From Sedimentisphaerales bacterium (GTDB lineage Bacteria > Planctomycetota > Phycisphaerae > Sedimentisphaerales > SM23-30), in assembly GCA_963663965.2 (NCBI GenBank), contig CAXXFK010000028.1, positions 192,001 through 256,000 of the forward strand: 64,000 nucleotides of DNA. The letters run 5' to 3'. Shown here in pieces: positions 19,662-28,622 of this stretch (position 1 is its first letter; each line of letters starts with the position of its first letter). A program made the translations under genes and the position numbers. The notes under the pieces are model-generated. The model saw only the letters and a program-made list of their open reading frames with translations, did no database searches and had not been told where the DNA came from.

Positions 19662-19809
19662 GATTATTGTATTTAGCGGAATTTTGCTGATCCCGCTTAT
19701 ACACTACGGTAATAACCATCAATCAAAGTAAGATGAAATTATAACGACACTGAAATTTACCGAAGCTTTCTGTCGCAATATTAATGAAGAATATTTCAGG
19801 ATACTAACA

Positions 19810-21078
19810 ATGAATGAATGTAAATTATTGCTGAAAGAGAAAACATGTTTATTTATGAACCTATTTGCAGGATTAAAGCATGTATATGGTAGTTATAACA
19901 TAAAAACCGGTAAGACATATCAGGTGAAAGCGCCAGTCGATTTTAATGTGATTGCCAAACATTTATGGGGATATCATTCTTATGGCGTATACCCTTTGAT
20001 GGGGAAACATACCAATTTCATCGCTATTGATATTGACACGAATGATTTAACATTAGTTAGTCAATTTTACGCTGTTATGAATCAATATTATATCCCTTTA
20101 TATATCGAACGAAGCAAATCTAAAGGGTATCATTTATGGATATTTTTTGATCAACTCGTAAGTGCGCATAAGGCGAGACTTGTTGTATATCATGTGATAA
20201 ACACTATTGGGTGTGGTGCAATCGAAGTGTTCCCTAAAAGAGATGGGCTCGATGATAATGTGTCTTACGGTAATTTTATCAACGCGCCACTGTTTTATCC
20301 ATTTACCAAAGTTCAACGAACTGTTTTTATTAACCCAGAAAACGGTTATCAGCCATTTGAAGATCAATGGCAAGTCTTAAGTCACATCCAAAAAATATCT
20401 GAGATAAAACTAGGCTGCCTGATTGAAAAATTAGGCCTCAATAGTCATTCCAAATTCAAGTTCTCAACTGGCTCAAAAATATCTAGTCATGGATATTACA
20501 CACTTCCTCCATGCAAACAGAAAATGCTTGAATATGGAGTAACACAGTATCAACGGCTGGCGTGTTACCGTATCGCTATTAGCCTCAAATGTGCAGGAAT
20601 GCCTTTTGATAAAGCCGTTTATACCCTTAAATCCTGGGCCTTGAAAAACAGGCCTTCCAATAATAAAAGGATTATTACCGAAAAAGAAATTATCGCTCAA
20701 ACCCAAAGTGCTTATAAGGGAAAATATCGAAATATTGGCTGTGAATGTCCATCGGTCGTGCCTTTTTGTGATAATACATGTCAGATAAAAAATTCTTTTA
20801 AACATGATATGGGAGATAACATTATGAATAAGCCGAAAAAAAGAGTTAGATGCGGAGCTATCTCGGCCAGCATTTGGACAGATCAAAAGACAATCAATGG
20901 AAAGGAGATTGAGTATCATTCGATTAGTATTTCCAAGACTTACAAGGATGGGGATGAATGGAAACATACTAATAACTTTGACACAAAAGATCTCTGTAAA
21001 ATTGCAATAGTTGCCATTGAGGCGTATAAGTTAATCGAAGTATCTACTTCAGATTTGCCATTGTCGTCAAAGGAATAG
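19810..21078 (+). CDS. AEP primase-polymerase (TOTE-like) with Cys-rich PriL-like domain and C-terminal small DNA-binding-like domain
   Basis: AEP motifs GVYPL, IAIDID, ERSKSKGYHLWIFF, FPKRD and GNFINAPL; then LPPC...CECPSVVPFCDNTC; then GAISASIW...SKTYKDGDEWKHTNNF. Confidence 0.75.
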   Translation: MNECKLLLKEKTCLFMNLFAGLKHVYGSYNIKTGKTYQVKAPVDFNVIAKHLWGYHSYGVYPLMGKHTNFIAIDIDTNDLTLVSQFYAVMNQYYIPLYIERSKSKGYHLWIFFDQLVSAHKARLVVYHVINTIGCGAIEVFPKRDGLDDNVSYGNFINAPLFYPFTKVQRTVFINPENGYQPFEDQWQVLSHIQKISEIKLGCLIEKLGLNSHSKFKFSTGSKISSHGYYTLPPCKQKMLEYGVTQYQRLACYRIAISLKCAGMPFDKAVYTLKSWALKNRPSNNKRIITEKEIIAQTQSAYKGKYRNIGCECPSVVPFCDNTCQIKNSFKHDMGDNIMNKPKKRVRCGAISASIWTDQKTINGKEIEYHSISISKTYKDGDEWKHTNNFDTKDLCKIAIVAIEAYKLIEVSTSDLPLSSKE

Positions 21079-21124
21079 TTCCATTTATTATTTGTCTCTG
21101 ATAGTGGATGATCGCATAGGAAAT

Positions 21125-21421
21125 ATGATTTTGTGTGACTTAAAACAAAAGTGGCTGACTGTAAATCAAGTCTGTAAGATATTGCAGTTATCAGAGGATT
21201 ATATACGGTCACTAATCCTAAGTGGTCGCATTAAAGCTGTTAAAATGCCAGGCGGTCGTAATGCTCCTATTAGGATTGCCGAAGAGGATATATGCAATTT
21301 TATTGAATCTTGTAATATTTCAGAGCCACAAGCATGCGATGCTAAAAGCAACTCATCATTTCATAAAGTTACTCAACGCCCTCGCCGCCGATCCGCTTCA
21401 GCAGACTCGTGGGGAGTTTAG
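21125..21421 (+). CDS. Excisionase-family helix-turn-helix protein
   Basis: WLTVNQVCKILQLSEDYIRSLILSGRIKAVK...IRI; convergent with and overlapping the integrase 3' end. Confidence 0.85.
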   Translation: MILCDLKQKWLTVNQVCKILQLSEDYIRSLILSGRIKAVKMPGGRNAPIRIAEEDICNFIESCNISEPQACDAKSNSSFHKVTQRPRRRSASADSWGV

Positions 21422-22607
21422 AAAGCAATACTTCATATAATTGTTTTTGTGCAGATTGTGCCTTTATTGCACGGTCATGCCGATAGGTGTCTTGTTGCTG
21501 AATCGTGGAATGAGCCATGGCTGCCTGAACTTCACGTGGATCAGAGGATAGTTCGCCAATCATTGTGGCGTATGTATGGCGGAGAATATAAAAGCCTGTG
21601 CCATAGGGCAAAGATACACCAGCTCGCTTACATAATTTATCAAAGCGGTTTTTAACTGCGTCAGAGCGATGTGTTTTGCCCTTTTCATCAATTCTTTCCC
21701 AACACATCGGTTTGCCATTCCGACTAACAAAAAACAATTTATCGATATTCGCATCCGTAGTTTTGCCCCGATGGTGAGCGAGATATATTCGTAATGCAGT
21801 AATCGTTTTATCCCAAAGCATAAAATCACGAGAAACACCTGTTTTTTTGCGACGGTCTGATATTAAGCCACGATCAAGATCAACTTCTGATAGTTTAAGA
21901 GATCCAATATCAGAGTTACCAAAACCACAATTCAATCCTAAAAGAACCAAAGCAATATCAACTGGGCTGGCTGCACTTAGTAGTTTCTTAATTTGTTTCC
22001 AAGTGAGCGGGGTTCTGTTCTGACTCTTACCATGTCCATTCTTGGCTTTAATGGGAAATTTTCTAATTGCGCCAATAGCGGGTGGTCTCAAGTCATGGGT
22101 ATCCATACCCCATTTTAGAAATCCTCTAACTTGTTCGATATGATGATTGGCTTCAATTCGACCTATGGAAGTATTTACGGCCAGTTCATTTCTATAGCCA
22201 GCGAGAAGTGAAGTTGTAAGATCCGAAGGCCCTTTCATAGCTGGATCGAAACCATTATTGAATAACCATTTCATAAACCGAGGCAGGTATTTTTTTATGT
22301 TACCTAAAGTAGATGTACTGCATCCATCTGCCTTTTTCTGATTAAAGTAATTCTCAGCAAGATCTGTCAATGTCCATGAACAAGCATCTGCGTATTTTTC
22401 TGAAGGAGATTCTCTCAGGCTATACTCTGAAACAATTCGTTCAATTTCATTATTATAGATTGTTTTGGCTTCGGTACAATTATTAGCCCATGTTTTATAA
22501 CGCCGGCCTTTTGGATGTGAAGGATCCCTTATAATAGAGTACCACCAGCCAGTAGACTTATTATAACATAATTGAGGCAGCCGTTTTCTTATCGTTTTCT
22601 TAGCCAT
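21369..22607 (-). CDS. Tyrosine recombinase/integrase
   Basis: Likely start MAKK at 22607 (AAGGA RBS); LGLNCGFGNSDI, KKTG, FYILRHTYAT, MAHST and DTY motifs; adjacent to a tRNA-derived att site. Confidence 0.88.
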   Translation of the reverse strand: MAKKTIRKRLPQLCYNKSTGWWYSIIRDPSHPKGRRYKTWANNCTEAKTIYNNEIERIVSEYSLRESPSEKYADACSWTLTDLAENYFNQKKADGCSTSTLGNIKKYLPRFMKWLFNNGFDPAMKGPSDLTTSLLAGYRNELAVNTSIGRIEANHHIEQVRGFLKWGMDTHDLRPPAIGAIRKFPIKAKNGHGKSQNRTPLTWKQIKKLLSAASPVDIALVLLGLNCGFGNSDIGSLKLSEVDLDRGLISDRRKKTGVSRDFMLWDKTITALRIYLAHHRGKTTDANIDKLFFVSRNGKPMCWERIDEKGKTHRSDAVKNRFDKLCKRAGVSLPYGTGFYILRHTYATMIGELSSDPREVQAAMAHSTIQQQDTYRHDRAIKAQSAQKQLYEVLLSKLPTSLLKRIGGEGVE

Positions 22608-22650
22608 TTGTAATCTATCCTTATGGTAAGAGTGTCTTTTATGCCTATGA

Positions 22651-22670
22651 TGCTGCAAAAACTGCTGCAA
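22651..22670. repeat. Tandem TGCTGCAA repeats, putative integrase arm-type sites
   Basis: TGCTGCAA at 22651 and 22663 (12-bp period), between the integrase start and the att core. Confidence 0.45.
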
Positions 22671-22726
22671 GTCAATATGAAAATATGTAACTACTTGTCA
22701 ATAAAAGCATGAAAAGAATAAGCCAT

Positions 22727-22773
22727 AGCGGCTGTTAACCGCTAGGTTCCAGGTTCGAGCCCTGGTCGGGGAG
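22727..22773 (+). other. attR site: 3' half of tRNA-Asn(GTT)
   Basis: AGCGG-CTGTTAA-CCGCT anticodon arm, CCAGG-TTCGAGC-CCTGG T arm and TCGGGGAG acceptor strand; no D arm or 5' acceptor strand upstream. Confidence 0.88.
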
Positions 22774-22779
22774 TTTTTT

Positions 22780-22820
22780 AAAGCCTTTTAAGTTAATGAC
22801 TTATGAGGCTTTTTTGTTTT
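22780..22820 (+). terminator. Rho-independent terminator-like hairpin
   Basis: AAAGCCT...AGGCTTT followed by a T run, directly after the tRNA fragment. Confidence 0.65.
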
Positions 22821-23013
22821 ATTGGGCTAATAATTTTCTTCTGAAAATCGTTCCTAAAGACGGTAAGTATCGGTTTACCAATTAGCTTTTTTATACCATC
22901 ATCGGTTGTAACTCATTTACTATTATTGACTTGTCAATCGCTTCAAACCTGAGAGCGAGCGGCCCATGACCGGTCGGTCATGCATACAGACAGGCAGGAT
23001 TATAACCCATTTA

Positions 23014-25470
23014 TTAGGTTGGTTTTTGCGAGTCGGATTCATATCCGATGGCTTTATAGCCTCTGAGTCTGCGCTCAAACATCTTGACCAACATGGGCAC
23101 ATTCATATCCGCATAATCGTAAATGACTACTTCACTTTTGCTGTAATGGTCTCGGTGCAGCCGCCCAGCATATTGGGCAATCGTGCCTTTCCACGAAACC
23201 GGCAGAGTCAGGAACAGGGTGTCTAAACGAGGGTGATCGAATCCTTCGCCGAGATAACGGCCCGTTGCCAGGACCAGGTTCGATTGATTATCTGATGCGG
23301 CATTTAACTGTTCATTAGCCTCCACCAGTTGTTTTTTACCCATACCGCCCTTAAAGATGATCAGATTATCAATTCGGTCTTCCAATATTTCGGCCAAGTA
23401 CTCCAAATGTTCACGGCGCTCAGTAAGCAAAGCCGGGAAACGACCATTGTAGATCGCCTCCATCACATCCTCGAGAATCATGGCATTTCTTGGAATATTG
23501 TCTATCAAAGCTGAATAAAGGTCATTGATGGATGGTTTTTCTTTTGATTGGAGGGTTGGCGGCAATTCGAATTTTGTTTTTCGGATTACCAGTTTATGTG
23601 TAAACGCCCGTTTTTGCGCCTGCAATTTCGCGTTCACCTGATATCGAACCGGCCCGCAATTCATGTAGATGATGGGATGATGACCATCTTTTCTGGTTAC
23701 TGTCGCGGAGAGGCCGGTGATATATCTGCCTTTAAATTGTTTGGTAATCGCCTCAAAACTCGGCGCCGAAATATGATGGCATTCATCGACTATCAGATGG
23801 CCATAATCCGCAACAATATTATCCACCTTGCCCTTTTGGCTTAAACTCTGAATGATGGCGATATCGATTTTACCGGTTGGCTTGCGCTTACCAGCTCCAA
23901 TTTGTCCAATCTGGTTGTCAGCCCCAGCAATGAATTGCTTCAGCCGGACAGCCCATTGCTCCTGAAGTTGGCGGCGATGGACCAAAATAAGGGTGTTGAC
24001 TTGCCGTTGGGCCATTACATAACAGGCAATGACCGTTTTGCCAAATGCGGTGGTGGCTGCAAGAATGCCGGTGTCGAACTCAAGCAAGGCTTGGGCGGCT
24101 TTTTTCTGATCCGGATAAAGCTGGCCACTGAATTGGATGTCAATTGGATTACCAATAAATCGTCTGTCGCTGATAGTAACGGGAATATTTAGTCGCCCAA
24201 GTAATGCCTTTGCATCATCGAGACACCCCCTTGGCAGTGCGATATACTTGTCAAACATTTCCGCGCAACAGATGATGCGAGGAATGTTAAAAACTGGCAT
24301 TCTCATCGCTTGTTTCGAATAAAACTCAGGATTTTGAAAGGCTGCCAGGCGTATCAGACCATTACGCAGAGAAGGCGACAAACCCTCTTTGGGAATATAA
24401 ATCTGATTTGCCAATACCAGGTTGATGTTAGTGGGAAAGGGGCCGACAATCCGATTGTTCTTATCGCCTGATGGGAGCGTTTCCCAAGGTTTGTCATCCT
24501 CATCCTCTGTAACCGGTAATCCCAAACCAACTATTTTTCCACTGTTACAGGCTTTTTGAAACAGCGATTCAATTGTCCTTCTGTCGATCTTTTTGATTGA
24601 ACCGAGATAGTGCCATTGATCAGGATAGGGTTCATAATTGTCATCCAGAAAGACCGAGTTGCCATCTTCTCTTGGTTTCTTTTGAAAGGGTAAGGCAATC
24701 AAATTCCCAAAACCCCCTTGTGGCAGGGTGTCCTGATTGGGAAAAAAGCGGTCATAAGAATCGAATCCCAGTTCTGGACGGCGTTCCATGGTTTCAGTTA
24801 AAATGAAACTGCCAATTGCGCGCGCCTTCATACAGGGAATTGGTTCTTCAAAAAACAGCCAGACATGACCGCCATTACCCGAACGGGAACGCTCCACCGA
24901 GAAAGGTATGTCCAATTCGGTACAAGTCGTTCCATATGCTTTTACATCTTCCCGCCAGGATGACTTGTCAAAATCAGCGGCCAGAAACCAGCATTTTTCA
25001 TCCGGCAACATGGGGTAGATGCCTATGGTGAAATCTCGATTGCCATATTCATCCGGATCAACGCCGCGTAAATGAGATTCGATCACATGATCGGTCAAAG
25101 GCAAATAATCGCGGTTATTACAGTCGGAACACTTGATTTTCGGTTTGCCGCAGACACCTCTAATCCATTCATGACTGCATGCCGGTTGATACCCGGATTT
25201 GCCGGTCTTGAGACTTTCAAAGCGGCGGGGATAAACATCCTCTCTCCCTCGAAATAAACTGCGGAATAATCTAATTTTATCCTGATTTGGTGAAAGATGG
25301 GTGATACCGGAGGTTTTATTGTGAATGGTAGCAGGGCGATCTTGTTGCATCTCGATTTCCGATATTCTTCGCAGAATCTGCTGCCGTTTGGTGTCGATAT
25401 TTGCCAGCGCCTTTTTTAGCTGCGTTAACTCATAATGTTTGTCATTATCCAATTTACTACCCACGAACAA
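23014..25470 (-). CDS. AEP primase (TOTE-like)-SF2 helicase fusion
   Basis: LFRGREDVY, IGIYPML, AADFD, ERSRSGNGGHVWLFF and GNLIALP, then Walker A ATTAFGKT, DECHH, GLSAT, GEGFD and QYAGRLHR. Confidence 0.9.
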   Translation of the reverse strand: MFVGSKLDNDKHYELTQLKKALANIDTKRQQILRRISEIEMQQDRPATIHNKTSGITHLSPNQDKIRLFRSLFRGREDVYPRRFESLKTGKSGYQPACSHEWIRGVCGKPKIKCSDCNNRDYLPLTDHVIESHLRGVDPDEYGNRDFTIGIYPMLPDEKCWFLAADFDKSSWREDVKAYGTTCTELDIPFSVERSRSGNGGHVWLFFEEPIPCMKARAIGSFILTETMERRPELGFDSYDRFFPNQDTLPQGGFGNLIALPFQKKPREDGNSVFLDDNYEPYPDQWHYLGSIKKIDRRTIESLFQKACNSGKIVGLGLPVTEDEDDKPWETLPSGDKNNRIVGPFPTNINLVLANQIYIPKEGLSPSLRNGLIRLAAFQNPEFYSKQAMRMPVFNIPRIICCAEMFDKYIALPRGCLDDAKALLGRLNIPVTISDRRFIGNPIDIQFSGQLYPDQKKAAQALLEFDTGILAATTAFGKTVIACYVMAQRQVNTLILVHRRQLQEQWAVRLKQFIAGADNQIGQIGAGKRKPTGKIDIAIIQSLSQKGKVDNIVADYGHLIVDECHHISAPSFEAITKQFKGRYITGLSATVTRKDGHHPIIYMNCGPVRYQVNAKLQAQKRAFTHKLVIRKTKFELPPTLQSKEKPSINDLYSALIDNIPRNAMILEDVMEAIYNGRFPALLTERREHLEYLAEILEDRIDNLIIFKGGMGKKQLVEANEQLNAASDNQSNLVLATGRYLGEGFDHPRLDTLFLTLPVSWKGTIAQYAGRLHRDHYSKSEVVIYDYADMNVPMLVKMFERRLRGYKAIGYESDSQKPT

Positions 25471-25482
25471 GTTTTGAATCTG

Positions 25483-26495
25483 CTATCGACAATTTATTCT
25501 GTTTTCCAGAGCAGACAATTGCTCGATAATTTCATTAAAAGCCGGCGGCTTGGTAAAATACATAACCGCCATACTCCGGTAATCCCGGCGAAGCTCGGGT
25601 ATCCGTTCTTTGGGCGGCATCAGATGAAAACTTTTTGGGGCCGCCTGATCATATCTGGCCCATCCGCAATGATAAAACCGATCCTTATGTATCGTTACCC
25701 TTTTGAGCAGATCCAGATCATTCAACGCCTCTTCCACAACTGCGGACTGGCTCATCTGGGCTACATCGGCATAATGGCGGGAGTAGCGCTTAAGCATTGG
25801 CTTGTCCTTGGGGCGAAAATATTCAGCGTGCAGAATAGTTGCCTTTTCCCAGAATGTCCGCCTGGCTACCACGGTGGTTACTGAACACTCCGGCTGAGAA
25901 AACAGATTCGGGAAGAAATCGGCAGCATATGACTTGATAGTATAATTTGCGTGGGAACCGGTTCGGCATGAGTGCCCAACTCCAAAACGATATTGGGTTT
26001 GATATAATCCAAACCGGTTTCAAGCGAACCCGGATATTTAAACTCGATGATATTACCATCGGATGGATTGAGGTTAAGCTGCCAATCGGTAGCTGGTAAT
26101 GTTTCCGCGATGTCTGCGGATAATAGTGGCAATACCATATGTTGAATATAGTTCCGACATGCTGTCATCATTTCGTCAAGCAAGACTGCCCGTTTGGTAT
26201 GGGAAAGGCTTGCCTGTCGGGGATCTTTCCGATCGACAAAGCCCAGTTTATCAAAAACAACGGCCAAATCGATATCTTCTGAAAATCGCTGTATCAGATT
26301 AAAGCATTTGGATAGGCTGGTTCCACCTTTGAATACCAGCCGATCAGATAATTTCTGATTTGAGAAAATCCGCATCAGCAGCCAGCAAACCCAGAAATCT
26401 TTTTCGACAATAACAGGATCCAATTCCATACGGGCTGCGGTCTCGTGAAAAAGGTCTCTTCTGTTCGGGCGGCTCAATCTGGCAACCTGATTCAT
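25483..26495 (-). pseudogene. AbiEii-family nucleotidyltransferase toxin, frameshifted
   Basis: EKDFWV, FKGGTSLSK and RFSEDID in one frame; RTFWEKATILH and RYSRHYAD in another. Adding one base near 25953-25955 joins them (PVPHANYTIKSY). Confidence 0.85.
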
Positions 26496-27100
26496 GGCGA
26501 ATCCTTGATTATCTTCTGAACAACTTCAAATATCCATTCCGTAGAAAAGAGGATATTGTTTTGCAGTTCCTGCTTTTCTTTCCTGGATAATTTCCGCTTC
26601 AAGTACGAAATGATATCTTTATCAACAAGATCTTTACCCAGAAATCTCAGGGCCTGTACAATCAGTCCGGATATTTCGCTGTTGGCATAAATTTCTTTGG
26701 GCCGGGCATGCTTAAATTGAATGGTCCGGTTGCCGATTTTGACCTGTTTGGAGGGACCATTAGTTAAATAAATAAATTGGGCGGGCACTTGCTGAGATAA
26801 TCCCAACCGGTTGGCCGCTATATTCCCTTCGGGCAGGATTGTCCATTTGAATTTGCGTGCCAACGCCTTGGCTACCTGGTCCAGGTCGGAACTCAGTTCA
26901 CCGCCAAGCGCTGGATTGGTTCTGGGGGAATCAAAGATACCCCGCCCAATGCTTCGAATGAAACCATCCTTAACCAGCCGGGATAGAATCTGGCCTACGG
27001 AACCAGAGGAGGCTATGTCTTGAAAATCCTTTCGGGTAAATACATACCCTGGACCCCAACTTGCAATCCTTTTCTCAATTTGTTCTCGAATATTGTTCAT
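26492..27100 (-). CDS. AbiEi-type antitoxin (DUF6088-like)
   Basis: VFTRKDF, LSRLVKDGFIRSIGRG, AANRLGLSQQVPA and YLTNGPS; ATGA overlap with the toxin gene. Confidence 0.85.
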   Translation of the reverse strand: MNNIREQIEKRIASWGPGYVFTRKDFQDIASSGSVGQILSRLVKDGFIRSIGRGIFDSPRTNPALGGELSSDLDQVAKALARKFKWTILPEGNIAANRLGLSQQVPAQFIYLTNGPSKQVKIGNRTIQFKHARPKEIYANSEISGLIVQALRFLGKDLVDKDIISYLKRKLSRKEKQELQNNILFSTEWIFEVVQKIIKDSP

Positions 27101-27117
27101 GATGTTTTAGTGCCTGA

Positions 27118-27148
27118 TGTCACAAATAATATATCACTATTTGTGACA
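27118..27148. promoter_or_regulatory. Inverted-repeat operator of the AbiE operon
   Basis: Perfect TGTCACAAATA-N9-TATTTGTGACA just upstream of the antitoxin start; AbiEi antitoxins autoregulate through promoter inverted repeats. Confidence 0.7.
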
Positions 27149-27188
27149 GATGCAAGGGTAATTTGGATTTTAACTCAATTTTATGGCC

Positions 27189-27250
27189 TACTGTTTTAAT
27201 ACTGTTTTGCGGCGCAAATACCGCGATAAAACGCGAAAAAACGCGAAGAA
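27189..27250. repeat. att-arm direct repeats
   Basis: TACTGTTTT x2 (11-bp period, 27189 and 27200) and CGCGA repeats x3 (10-bp period, 27222-27250). Confidence 0.5.
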
Positions 27251-27337
27251 ATAAGAAGATTTGCGAAAATCAAGAAATCTGATAAGATATTGAAAACAAT
27301 AGACTAATGGGCCTTTCGGCCGATGCCGCGAAGCTTC

Positions 27338-27406
27338 CTGTTAACCGCCAAGGTTCCAGGCAGAAGATCCCGATTTTACATCGGGTTTCGAGCCCTGGTC
27401 GGGGAG
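27338..27406 (+). other. Second tRNA-Asn 3'-half att site, with a 26-bp insertion in the T loop
   Basis: CTGTTAACCGC..AGGTTCCAGG-[27361-27386]-TTCGAGCCCTGGTCGGGGAG; matches 22732-22773. Confidence 0.85.
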
Positions 27407-27418
27407 TTCTTCAAATGC

Positions 27419-27453
27419 AAAGCCTTGTGAGAGAAACCCATACAAGGCTTTTG
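27419..27453 (+). terminator. Terminator-like hairpin
   Basis: AAAGCCTTGT...ACAAGGCTTT followed by a short T tail. Confidence 0.6.
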
Positions 27454-27495
27454 TCTTGGCATTAACTAAATATCAAACCTAGTGCTCTGTAAAGA

Positions 27496-28185
27496 TTAAA
27501 TATTCGGATATAGTGATCTCAATTTACACCTGGCATCTTCCACTTTAAATTGCCAGTTAACGCCTCGTTGCTTTTCGTTGGAGTGGGTGGCCCATGCTTT
27601 CGTCTCTTTTTTCAGCCTATCCATGTCGGTCATTTTTCGATCCTTCAGACATTGCCGGGTCATCGCACTCAGTTCATTTTCGGCCACATTGAGCCAACTG
27701 CCATGCTTGGGCGTGTAATGAAATTCAATTTTTTCCACATACCGGCGCGCCTGCTCCGGAGGAAAAACCTCGTAAAAAGCTCCCTTGGTATGAGTATTCA
27801 AATTGTCGCACACCAGAAGCACTCGTTTCGCTTGGGCATAGCGGCCCTCCAGCAACTCTGCCATTTCAACGGCCCAGTCAACCTTTTTCCGTTGTGGACG
27901 AACGCTCACCCCACGCCAGCCGGATTTGGGTTCTGTGAACATGAATATGCTGGCGGTTCCGGCGCGCTCGTATTCATAGTCTACTCGACGAGGATGATGC
28001 AAGGTTGCTGCCATCGGAGGGCGAGTTTCCTTGAGCAATTGCACTGGCTGTTCATCCATGCATAGCGCCGGAAAATCCGGGTGATATGGCAGGGAATAGA
28101 CATTCAGAACATCTTCCATGCACGCGACAAATTCACTGTTTTGGTCCGGCGGTATCACCCAGTACTGTATCTTTCGGTTCGTCAT
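27496..28185 (-). CDS. IS630 transposase OrfB (DDE)
   Basis: MDE, DNLNTH and YTPKHGSWLNVAE motifs. Confidence 0.9.
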   Translation of the reverse strand: MTNRKIQYWVIPPDQNSEFVACMEDVLNVYSLPYHPDFPALCMDEQPVQLLKETRPPMAATLHHPRRVDYEYERAGTASIFMFTEPKSGWRGVSVRPQRKKVDWAVEMAELLEGRYAQAKRVLLVCDNLNTHTKGAFYEVFPPEQARRYVEKIEFHYTPKHGSWLNVAENELSAMTRQCLKDRKMTDMDRLKKETKAWATHSNEKQRGVNWQFKVEDARCKLRSLYPNI

Positions 28186-28622
28186 TTCATTTTTTTAAGC
28201 GTCGTGGCAACGGTGGTGTGACTGATGGATTCTACGATTCCCAATTCCACCGCTTTGTCGGCTATCAAACGCAACGACCAGTTACTGTAACCTTCCGGCG
28301 GATCGCTTAGCCTCAGGGCAATGATCTTTGCCTCCTGCTCGCCATCCAGCAGCTTGGCGCGAGGCGGCGTGTCACGCTGCTTACCGTTCAATGTGATGTC
28401 AAACCCTCTTTCTACCAGCGATTTACGAACTTTGGTTACGGTCCTGAGACGACACAAAAAAGCGTCGGCAATTTGATTGCAGGACCAGTTGGGACCGTCC
28501 GCATCCGCCTTAAGCAAGATTTGAGCCCGTTTGACTTTTTGCGAGGTGCCCTTGAGTTTTGTAACAACTTCAAGCAGCTCTTTCCGTTCTGCGTCAGTGA
28601 GACGAACGATGTACTTTTTCAT
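28182..28622 (-). CDS. IS630 transposase OrfA (HTH)
   Basis: MKKYIVRLTDAER, RAQILLKAD and PPEGYSNWSLRL; ends at an A7 slippery run (28190-28196). Confidence 0.88.
   Translation of the reverse strand: MKKYIVRLTDAERKELLEVVTKLKGTSQKVKRAQILLKADADGPNWSCNQIADAFLCRLRTVTKVRKSLVERGFDITLNGKQRDTPPRAKLLDGEQEAKIIALRLSDPPEGYSNWSLRLIADKAVELGIVESISHTTVATTLKKMK

Noticed and set aside
22727..22773. Functional tRNA-Asn gene
   Set aside because: No 5' acceptor strand or D arm; it is an att duplication. The same applies to 27338-27406.
1..22773. Prophage
   Set aside because: No capsid, terminase, portal or lysis genes in view, and a TM/OmpA-like gene sits among the tail-like genes. Not fully excluded without the left flank.
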